From Cyanophora paradoxa CCMP329 (lineage: Eukaryota > Plantae > Glaucophyta), in contig QPMI01000676.1 in the NCBI GenBank assembly GCA_004431415.1, positions 1 to 24,044 on the forward strand: a stretch of DNA of 24,044 nt, read 5' to 3'. Below the pieces are notes generated by a model, which worked only from the letters and a program-made list of their open reading frames with translations, was not told the DNA's origin and ran no database searches. The position numbers and the translations under genes were made by a program. Of this stretch, positions 10,201-19,563 are shown piece by piece. Position 1 is the first letter of the stretch, and each line of letters opens with the position of its first letter.

Positions 10201-13200
10201 TCGGAGTCGGCGGGACCGGCGGCCCGTAGAGCAAAATCGCGGCAGGGATGCCGCGGTTATGCCCTTCGACGTTTCCAAGGACCGTCGAGGCGAGGCTGTG
10301 CAGAGCAGCATCGGCGTCGAGCGCGTCCGGGTGGAAGCGCGTTTGCAGGTGTGTGCCCGGGTTAAACACGGGGCCGCAGTCCCGTGGCCCGTTCTCGCCG
10401 TACATGAGAGTACGGAGGCGGGGATTGCGCCCCAGGGCTGCTGCTCGGCAACGTGTTGGTTGCGGAGCCCGCCCCGAGCGGGTCCGGGAGCAGCACGCAG
10501 TACTTTTCGCAGTACCGCAGGCGCTCGAGCGTGCCGTCGTACCAAGTGCGCGAGCCCGGAGGGGCTTGCGGGTCCGGAGCCGGGGGCTCGGAGGGACCGG
10601 CGGCAGCGGCGCTCGAGGCGGAGGCGGCGGCTGTGGCCTCGACCATGGGCGTGTCGCCCGCGGCGTCGCGCTCGTTCGCGCGAACGGCGCCGGCCCAGTC
10701 GTCGATCCACCGCACGAACGGCAGAGAGCGGATGACGACTTCCGCGCCCTCGACGGGGAAGTCGATTTCGCCCAGGGTCCAAGAGGCCCCTTCGACGGCG
10801 TTGTCGTACAGCCGAACCTCCTGGCTCAGCCAGGAGTCCGCGTCCATCTTTGCGGCGGCCCGCTGAACAACTTCGGAGATGTTCAGGTCCGGGGGTACAT
10901 GGAGGCGAGCTCGCAGACGAGACCCTCGCAACCCGGGTGCAGCGCGCGGACGCGCCCGTAGAAGAAGCGAACTTCTTCGGGCAGCTGTTGTTCCGAGTAC
11001 GGAACAAAGGGCACGGTTCCCGGACCAGTGCGTCCGCTGAACCAGCACGACATCAGCCAGCGTGCGTGGGCAGGCACGGGCTCGACGACATCAAGACCGG
11101 GCCCCGTGTTTTGGGACGCGCGCCAGCGGTCATTGACGTAGTATCCCGGCAGGCGGGAGACGTGGAACTCAAAGCGGTCCAGGAAAACCGCGTCCCAGTG
11201 GGAACAGGTCCACCGGTCCGGCTCCGTCGGGAGCTCAGGGCGCGGGTCAAGAGACCCGAGTTCCAGGCTGCAAGTTCGAACGACGCAACCGCGCGCCGTA
11301 GGAACCGCACGTTGGCGGGGTGCCGCTGGGGCACGCTCAGCTCAAGTCGCTCCCACGCCTCGCGCGAGCGTCTGCGTGGAAGTGGCTAAACCGGCGCCAC
11401 GGGGGCTGCGCGGTTTCTGCTGCGAGCCAGCCCTGGAGTTCGGGGTGGGGCTCGATTTGCAGCAGGAGCGGGTTCTGGGCCTGCGTGAGGCCACTGTTCG
11501 CGAGCCACATGTGCTCGACCGACGTCGACCAGTTGGACGACGGGGCGGGGCAACCGACGAGCTCAAAGAGCTTTGCGTCGATGCCGCCTCGGACGAAGAG
11601 CGCGTGCCACATGTGCTCACGGGCGTCGGCATCGATACCCGCATGCTCATCGGATTCCATGGCGTCTGGAGGCGGCGTGGCAGCGCCACCCTCGCCCTCA
11701 TCCGACGAGCCGGAGCCCGGGTCCGAACTGCCGCTGGCGGCGGCGCGGTCGCCGGGCGGCGAGCAGGGGCACCGCGGCGGGCGCGCGAGCCGCCTCGTCC
11801 ACGGCCCTCGGTGGTGCCGGCGGCTGCCGCAGTCGGCTTGCCGCGGCCACGGCGCGTGGTGGCGACTGTTCGGGCCAACGCATCGCACGAAGCGATGATT
11901 TCGTTATGCTTGTCCCACACCGAACTGTTGGTGTGGGGCCCTTATAGCGCCGGCGCACTTCGCCGTAGACCAACCGCATGCGGTGGGCCGGCTTATCAAG
12001 GAGCGTGGTGGCGTAAACGCCGGACTGCGACATGCAGTAGCAGACCCAGACGAACACACACCACGTGAATTCGCCATTGCGAGCGGCGGAATCCATTTCT
12101 CCTTGCAGCGCTTTCATGAGCCACAGGAACTCGGGGCTCGAGCGGCGCTCGTTCTTCACCAGGTCCGGCGGACCAAGGCGCGGGACGGCGCGGGAGGCGA
12201 GCAGGTCGAGCACGTCGACCTCGCGATGGTTATCGCGGCGGGGCACCGGATAACGGCGATCGAGGAACGCCTCGATGCTAGGCCCGCGCATCAGGGGGTC
12301 GGCGTCCGGGTGGTGCCGGAACCGGAGCCCCTCGTCGGACCGACGGGGCGGTCCACAACGACGGTGGGGGCAGCGCGGTACGTGCCAATCCCCAGGAGCC
12401 AGTCAGAGAACAGCAGAGAGCTGAACTCGTCGGGGCGCCGCGGGTCAATGAGCCGGGCCATGCGCTGCACGGCGACGCGCTCGGGCACGTAGACAACGCG
12501 CCACTTGTCCAAATCGGAGCCGTGCTGGACGAGCTCGGAAAGGTTGACGAGCGGGGCTCGCCCCGCACGCAGCGGGCGCGGCGCTCGCCTGTGTGGCCAG
12601 GACGCGAGCGGCGACGGTGCCCTCGGAGCTCTTGTCGAAGCAAGCAGCGCCGGCGACCTCACGCAGCCTTGCGGCATACGTTTGGTACTGAGTGACGGGC
12701 GGAGCCACGTCGTGAGGGGTGATCCACTCAAAGAGGCTGTTCTTGCCAAATCCCAGAGCCCCCGGAACGACCGTGAGGGTGCGGAAACGGATTATGGCCA
12801 GCAGCAACTGCACGCAGTATGCGTGGAAGTCGCAGTCCTCGTGGAGGATCTCGCGGGCTGCGGCGAGTGCCGAGCGCATCGCGTGATAGCCCGTCAGGGC
12901 CGGCGAGACCGGGGTATCGGGCGTCTCGTCCCAGTCCCGCGGGTCAAACGCCACGTCATACCCGTTGGCACTCTCAGCCAGGATGCGGGGCCACTGCAAG
13001 CCCGGCTGGGCGAGCAGGTACGCGGACGCGACGAGAAGGGACAAGATCGGCGAGCGATCAGAGTCGCTAAGCCAACTCGCCTCAGATGCGAGGTCCCAGC
13101 ATGCCGACTTCGGGGCATGCTGCTCCCAAGCGGCGAGCAGATCGTCCCACGCGCGCGGCGACGCGGTGTCGAACTCGAAGGCGAGATCGGGCCAGACGAC

Positions 13201-14199
13201 TTCGGAGTCGTCAGGCGGGGGACCGACCCCGGAGCACGAGCCCGGGTCCTCGGGGTGGGCGAACGCCGCGCGCAGAATTGCACGCATAGCGCGGCCGGAA
13301 TCCGGGCCCTCATGCAGGCGGTGGTCCGTGCGGGCGACCACGGCCGCAGTCTCGATCACGCAAGCGAGGTTGTTAACCTCGGTGCGCTGAGTCAAGCGAC
13401 CCAGGAGGAGACGGTCCGCGCGGTTCAGTCCGCAGGCGCCCAGGAAGCGATCGGCAACGATGCCGATCGTACCCTCGCCGGCAAGTTTGCGCACAAGCGG
13501 GATTTGCTTATGCCCCTCCATGCCGTTGGTGAAGAGGAGCCCGACGGCCCTCGACAGCGCGCGAGGCTCCGAGGCCAGCAGCGCGTACCACTTAGAGAGT
13601 GGCATGAGCAGGGGGCAATGCGGCGGACAATGAAGCGGCTGCCCTCGCGTTGCGAGTCAACGAGCACGCTCTCGGTGTGGTCGCCGGGCATGTACCGCAG
13701 CCCGGTGGGCGCGGACATTGGCTTTTTCTCGACGTATTCGAGACCCGAGCCCTTGCCGCAGGGATCCAGGGGGTCGGACTCCGAGCGGACGCTCAGTCCG
13801 TCGGCGTCGGTCTCGCCGATTTCCGAGTCCCTGAGCCATCGTCGCATGCCGGGCTGGCAAAGCGCAGGGCGGCCTCGAACTCGGTCTCACGCGCGGCGTC
13901 GTCAAGGGCGCCGGCAGCGAGGGTCGAGGCGGCCGCGTCGAAGGCGGCCTGGTCACGCGCCCGGGCGGCGGTGACGCTGGCGTCGGCCGGCTGGCGCACG
14001 GCGGCGACGGGGACGCTGAGGTCCATGTCCGTCTCAGTGCCCACGGGCATCACGAGGACGGACTTGATCGACGGGTCGCCGGTTGGGGCGCCCGGGCCGG
14101 GCTTGCTGCCTGCCGAGGAGGAGCTCGCGGCACGCGCGGCCTCGTGCAGGGCTTGCTGCTGCGACTGAACCAGCAGATGCTGGAAGAATTCAGCCATGT
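7300..14199 (-). CDS. Large uncharacterised polyprotein segment between nucleocapsid and protease (frameshift-fragmented)
   Basis: Overlapping minus-strand ORFs with globular, W/Y/F/C-containing composition tile the interval without gaps: 13425-13847, 12445-13605, 12291-12749, 11698-12291, 11337-11888, 10883-11077, 10362-11048, 9641-10405, 8854-9834, 8876-9118, 8709-8954, 8353-8709, 7166-8251. I recognise no known domain with confidence. Confidence 0.75.
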
Positions 14200-15946
14200 G
14201 GGCAGCGCCCGGGTTCGGCGGCTCGGAGCGCGGCGGATCGCCTCCGGCGCGAACTTGGTTGAACCGGGGCCGGGGCCCGCGGTTCTGCTCGGGGCCATAG
14301 CCGCGGCCGCGGCCGCTCTGGGCGTTGCCCTGGGCGGAGGGGCAATCCCGGCGCATGTGGTCCAGCGAGCCGCAGGTCCAGCAGCCTCGCTGCTCATCCT
14401 GCTCGCTCGTCTCCTTACCCTTCCCCAGTGGGCGCTGGTTCGGGCCGGAGGCCGGGCCACGGCCGGAGCCGCCGGCGTAGCCGCTGCGGGCGCCGCCGCG
14501 GAACCCGCCGCGGGCTTGGAAACCGCCCCGGGGGTACGGCTCCTGGCGGTGTCCACCGCGGTGGGCGTAACCGCCGCGGGTCGGGCCGGGGTCCCCGCGC
14601 TCGTCGCGGTCGGGGCCCTCGTCCTCACGGGTCGCGCGTTCGCGGCGCTTCAAGCCCGCCCGCTTCTCAGCGATCCCTTCACCCAGTCGGCGTACGGGAT
14701 GCCGGGGAACGGGGCCGTGCCCCACGCGCAATTCCACGTAAAGTGGCAGCGGTCGAGGGCCGGCATCTCCACGTGCATGCACAGGGGGCATGGCATCGTG
14801 GTGGTGCACGGGTACCCTAGGTTTTCCTCGTCTGGGTGCCGGCGGCTCGAGACGGGGGCGCCCGGCGGCGCCTTGGTGCCAGGGGCGGCGTGCACCGATT
14901 TCGTCGGGACGGCCTCGTCAGGCTCGTCCGCGTCATCGGCCGCCACGGCCATTTTGCGCACGCGGGGGCGCTTGGTCTCAGGCGCCTCGGGCGCGACCAT
15001 GACCTGGGGCGGCAGCACGGTACGGCAGCCGTGCGTCTCGCATGCCTGGAGGAATAGATCGTCCAGCTGGAGCGGCGACAGGGCGCCGTCCAGAGCGAGA
15101 ATGCGCTGGTCCAGCGCAGTGAGGAACTCGCGCAGCGTGCGCTCGTTCAGCTTCGCGAACCCGGCCATCCGAACATCAAGGTTCTGATATTCCGGGTCCT
15201 CGCTCGTCGCACGGGCCTCAAGCGCAGTGCGCAGGCACTCGGCGTAGTACACGGCGAGGCGCTGGCCCGTCGGCAGCGTGTGCCGGACGAGAGGCAAGAA
15301 CCAGTCGTGCCATGAGCGCGGATCCTCGCCCGTGTAGGGCTCAGTGAGGGCCCGGCGGGCCGCGTGCGGGCGCGCCTTGTGGATCCACGCCGTGATCGTG
15401 TCTAGCAGCCCGGGGGCACGCAAGTACGCATCACGCGTGGCCACGATTGAGGCCTCATCACGCGCGCAGCTCTGCTGCAGCGCGAGGATCGTGGCGTCGT
15501 CATCGGCAGAGCGCAAGTTCGCCGGACGAGCTCAAGGCGCCGCAGCGTAGCGCGGTCACGCTCCAGGCCAGCAATAGAGGCCTCATAGAGGTCGCGCTTA
15601 CGCTCGATTACGGCGCGGAGGGCGCCGGGGCGGATGCGCCCGACGATCACTCCGGCAAGAGCCTCGGACTTAGTATACTCCTGGCCGCCGGCAGCGTCGG
15701 GGCCAAAGAGATACTTCGTCGGCTGCGCCGACTGATAGTTCCGGACGTCCTTGCGGAACCGGTCACCATCGCGAGGCGGGGCTGGGCGGGCAAGAATCCG
15801 ATCCGCGCGGGATCGTCATCAGCCACAGCCGAGGCGCCGGGGGCGGCGTACTGCACAGCAAGTTCGGCCTTCGCAGGCTCAACATGCGCGAGCGCAGACA
15901 GCTGGCTCCGGACTTCAGAACTAAGAAGTTCCGAGGAGTTTGACAT
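14200..15946 (-). CDS. gag: Gag-like region (frameshifted in this sequence): helical capsid-like part, variant CX2CX11HX4C motif, RGG-rich tract and canonical CCHC zinc knuckle
   Basis: Chained ORFs 15647-15946, 15402-15650, 14650-15516 and 13793-14809. CWTCGSLDHMRRDC at 14342-14383; CPLCMHVEMPALDRCHFTWNC at 14728-14790; RGGYAHRGG...RGGFQARGGFRGG. Confidence 0.8.
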
Positions 15947-16409
15947 GTTGTTCTCTTTGCAACGTAAAGCCGCAAGAACAAGATGCCGGGGAGAGCACTA
16001 GGCGCGGGATTTGATCTGCAGCTCGCTGCAGAATCCGGCGCGGGGATCTCGCGGTCACGCAAGAGCGCGACTCAGGGACACTTAGAGAGCTGCTCGCAGC
16101 AGTCTCCGTGGCACGGTTGCTCGCAACCGGCGATGGACAGGCAATGATGAGACTCTCGAGAGAGAGCTCGGCGCGTGCGCTTCGGTCTGGGGATGACCCG
16201 AAGCCCGCGATAGGCACTAGAGACGTTTCCGGTGCACTACCGTCCAACCGCAAGCGGTACAGGGCGGCGCACTCAAACGCAAAGCAACCGTGGGACGGCG
16301 CTCGCGCGGAAAGCAGGTCTCTGGCTCCAATAGGCACTGGGCAAGGCGGCGCAGCGATGCGCGCTGCGCGGCGGGGCTGGGGAGAGCGATACGGACTCAG
16401 ACCCTTGAA

Positions 16410-16434
16410 GGTTCGATTCCGGCAGAATGGCGCC
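16410..16434 (-). promoter_or_regulatory. Primer-binding site complementary to a tRNA 3' end (tRNA-Sec-like geometry)
   Basis: The + strand reads GGTTCGATTCCGGCAGAATGGCGCC and abuts the 5' LTR: T-loop consensus, 13 nt, G, then CC(A). Confidence 0.85.
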
Positions 16435-16727
16435 TGTCGCGTGCGAGATTAGTGTGTCTAATCGTGCGCGCGAGAAGCCCGTGCGGAGTGCAAGCTCGGC
16501 AGGGCGGGGTTTGGCGAGTGCTGCTGCTGTTAGCCACCGTGATGGTAGACTGAGGGTGTACCCGTCCAACTACGGCGTACCCCGACACACGCATACAAAT
16601 GACCGCGGCGCTCTAACTAGCCTAGGCGCCGTCGGCCTAGCAGCACGAAGGCTGCTTCGTGCTGCATACATCATCTAGAGCCCTAGCGGCTCACAATCGA
16701 GCATCCACTGTAAAGTCGGATGCGACA
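16435..16727 (-). repeat. 5' LTR (293 bp)
   Basis: TG...CA ends with imperfect terminal inverted repeats: TGTCGCGTGCG at 16435 versus the reverse complement of the other end, TGTCGCATCCG (9/11 match). 16455-16727 aligns to 1-261. Confidence 0.95.
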
Positions 16728-17763
16728 CAGTCATGATCACTGAGTGTTGGTTATATTTTCGAGCAAACATCGACCACAGAACTGATCATGAAGAGGTGCA
16801 GACACCTTCACGCATCGGCCAGCTGCAGGGCGCCGGCCTCGAGATCGGCGGCGAGGTCAGAGAGGAGGAGATCCTCGTCGAATTCCGCCTCCGCCGAGTC
16901 GGCGCCCTGCGCGCGTTCACGGTTCATCATTCGCGGGTTGCACGCGCGGCTCGACGATTTGTCACTGAGTCAGCTGCTCACCTCGACATCGGCCTCGCTC
17001 ACGGTGGCCGTAGTCTCATCAAGGCACAACTTGCCGCTAATTTGGAGACGATAATCAGCAGGCGATCGACGCTGAAGCGTCGGCGGAGTGGTGATCATAA
17101 ATGATGATCAACGCACCGCATCCGGTCATTGGTCTGTTGATACGATAACATTACAGACGGCGTCAGCCGGAACCTTCCGTTAACGTACTCCACAGACCCC
17201 GCGCCAACAGACGATTGCGAATACGTAGTGGTGGGGACCGGTGGTGACATACTGGGGAGGTTGATGGCGCCGGTGTTAGCGGCCATTGCTGCTGATTCCG
17301 AATTGCCCATCTTATGCTTTGAAGAAAGAGGCTGGAACGCGGGCGCAAGCCTTGAAGCCTTGAAGGATCCCGGAGGAGCTCAGCAACCCGCTCGCTTTGC
17401 GCGTCTGACCCGAGAGACCGTGCGCGCCGCCGGGCCGATGCTGCACGACGTGCCAGATTGCAACAAGCTGCAGCGGCTCAGAGCCTCAGACCCTCCTCGC
17501 AAGTTGAACTGGTTGTAGACTTGTACCGGGGTAGTAGGAGACGGTTTGCGGCCCCAAATTGCCTACTCATGATCAGGCTACTGAGGCTAGTAGGAGACGG
17601 TTTGCGACCAAAAAAAACAAATCAACGGTCCGCACCCCCAAAAAACGGCGTGCTAAGAGCCTAAGACACCCTAGGAGTCTAGGACAGCCTAAAAAAATAG
17701 TTATGCAAACTAGGATTTTTTTTTTTGGTGAATTACCGGCCACCGGAACCTGCAGGCTGCACC

Positions 17764-18469
17764 CAGAGTTCATACATACACGCTGTCTAATTCATGCTTT
17801 CCGTGTTCGAATCGCCCTGCGATGAGAATCACGCCTTCGAATCCCGCCCGCTCCACATAATTCCGATCGATCATGTCCCACCTTGCCTGTATACGCCCCC
17901 GCAGTGCTGGAGTAGACTAGAGGCTGTGGCCGGTAATTCACCAAAAAAAAAATGCACCCAGAGTTCCAAAATGTTTTGTGGGCCCAGGAGACCCCCAAAA
18001 AATTTTAAAAAATTTAAAAAAGTTTTGAAAAATTTCTCAAAAATTTTTGCCATACAAACGAGAAGGCACGTTCCAGAGGCGCGCAAACGCGCTCTAAACG
18101 TGCTCTTAAGGTCCTCTTAACATTCTTGTAGCATGGGAAGTGGTCAGAAGTTTTATTTCGAGCCCATTTGGGCGAAGGCACACTCATGAATTTCCTAGGG
18201 CTCGCCAGGGGTACAGTGAGGTCTGACCCTTATCGACGTGCAGAGTGCCCGGCGGCCCCTATCGCATTGCTTATCGCTTAAACTTCATTATACATGCAAG
18301 AGATACGTATAGGAAGCTTATTACGACGTGTTCTGCACGAGAAAAGGGCCCCCCGAATATTTTCTCGAGAAAAAGTTTTTGAGCGTCCAGCCGAGACCAA
18401 AACATTTTGCAAAAACTTTTACAAAAACTTTTGTTTTATTTTTCGAAAACTTTTTCGGCCGGAACCCTG
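17764..18469. mobile_element. hAT-type MITE; its left end is interrupted and duplicated by the retroposed insertion (body 17959-18469)
   Basis: 8-bp TSD GCTGCACC at 17756-17763 and 18470-18477; termini CAGAGTTCC / GGAACCCTG; A/T-tract subterminal repeats at both ends. Confidence 0.7.
17772..17952 (+). mobile_element. Short poly(A)-tailed retroposed insertion (SINE-like or 5'-truncated LINE) with 14-bp TSD
   Basis: TGCACCCAGAGTTC at 17758-17771 and 17953-17966 flanks a 181-bp segment ending in A10 (17943-17952). Internal GTTCGAATC and TTCGAATCC B-box-like words. Confidence 0.65.
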
Positions 18470-18681
18470 GCTGCACCTGATAACCATATGCATTGAATGG
18501 GACTGTGCTACGGTAACAGTTCGTATTAACTTCGGAAGTTCGTAACTTAGTAGTAACATCGCCGCGGCGCGATCGGCGGCGGGCCTCCCGGCCCGGCGGG
18601 CCCCGGCTTCAGTACTAGTAACTAGTAGTAAGTTGCTCCATACGGACTTATAATTACTAAGTTGGTAAGACTTATAGTATA

Positions 18682-18928
18682 CCGTGTAATACTTACTAAG
18701 TTAATTACCGCGCTGACATAACTACTGCGCTACCATATTACTGCGCTCAAAATTTTTAGAACGCAGTAATTTGGTAGCGCAGTATATATACCCCCTTGGC
18801 TAGTATTACCCCTATTTTCGAGGCCATTATTACTGGAACGCAGTAATTTGGTAGCGCAGTAAAGCGCTAACCGGCGTAGAAATTTTAGAACGCAGTAATT
18901 TGTGGCGCAGTAAATAAGTGTTACACGG
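18682..18928. mobile_element. Tc1/mariner-pogo-type MITE (247 bp)
   Basis: TIRs CCGTGTAATACTTA / TAAGTGTTACACGG (13/14 match), TA on both flanks, many internal TACYGCG / CGCAGTA motifs. Confidence 0.7.
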
Positions 18929-19133
18929 TATACCGCGCTGACTTAACTACCGCGCAGCCAGGTCCGCGCTGCCAAATTTTTTTAAATTACCGCGCTAAAA
19001 AAATTACCGCGCAAATTACTGCACATGCCATGATGCGTTCTTCAAGAAGTTGACAAGAACCGTTGAACCGTTGAACGGAGCGCCTCTCGAGCTCCCAGCT
19101 GCCAGCTGGAGATGGACCCCGAGGACCTGGAGG

Positions 19134-19523
19134 TAGGGTTGGCAGCTTGAAATTTCAAGCCATTGAAATTGCATTGAAATTGAAAATTCAATTTCAATTT
19201 CAACGCCGCCCGTTGAAATTGCATTGAAATAGAATATAAAAATAATAAAATATATTGAATTTCTCCGTTTTCGCACCCTCAGCTTCCCCTTCCCAGCCCC
19301 TCCGGCCTTCCCGGGAGCCCTCCCAGCCCGTAAAGAGACTCAGAGAGTGAGAGTGAAGTCGATTAGAGACAATTCAGAGTGAAAGAGACTCTCCGCAGTG
19401 CGTGGGGTCTCTGCAAGTGCTGCACTGCGGATTGGAATTTCAATTGAATTTTCAAAGCTTTCAAAGGGTCGACTTTCAGTTTCAACGCCAAATTTTTGAA
19501 TTTCATGAAATTCACCAACCCTA
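19134..19523. mobile_element. hAT-type MITE (390 bp)
   Basis: TIRs TAGGGTTGG / CCAACCCTA; perfect 8-bp TSD CCTGGAGG (19126-19133, 19524-19531); TTGAAA/TTTCAA subterminal repeats. Confidence 0.9.
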
Positions 19524-19563
19524 CCTGGAGGACCTGGAGGCTGGAGGAGGACCTAGTCTCAAC

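Larger units (their letters stand above)
1..16727 (-). mobile_element. Giant Ty3/Gypsy (Metaviridae-like) LTR retrotransposon, ~16.75 kb; the last ~20 bp of the 3' LTR lie outside the window
   Basis: Direct repeats at 1-261 and 16455-16727, PBS and PPT in the expected places, and minus-strand domain order Gag-PR-RT-RH-IN (integrase after RNase H is the Ty3/Gypsy order). Candidate TSD CAGTC at 16728-16732 cannot be verified because the other flank is outside the window. Confidence 0.96.

Noticed and set aside
8353-15946. UGA stops in the polyprotein read as selenocysteine (prompted by the tRNA-Sec-like PBS)
   Set aside because: The UGAs I examined (e.g. 12291, 14650, 15647) fall where protein-like sequence continues in another frame, so they follow from frameshifts. 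I identified no SECIS.
1315-16001. Long plus-strand ORFs (e.g. 12505-13974, 2071-3294, 14144-15187)
   Set aside because: Antisense shadows of GC-rich coding sequence: R/G/A-rich and without motifs.
16370-16434. tRNA gene (GGTTCGATTCC B-box)
   Set aside because: Only the 3' 25 nt are tRNA-like; there is no D-arm, anticodon arm or 5' acceptor strand. Its position next to the LTR identifies it as the PBS.
16733-17518. Host gene or transposase fragment next to the 5' LTR
   Set aside because: A short acidic minus-strand frame (…AEFDEDLLLSDLAADLEAG…*) looks coding-like, but no coherent gene model or motif could be supported.
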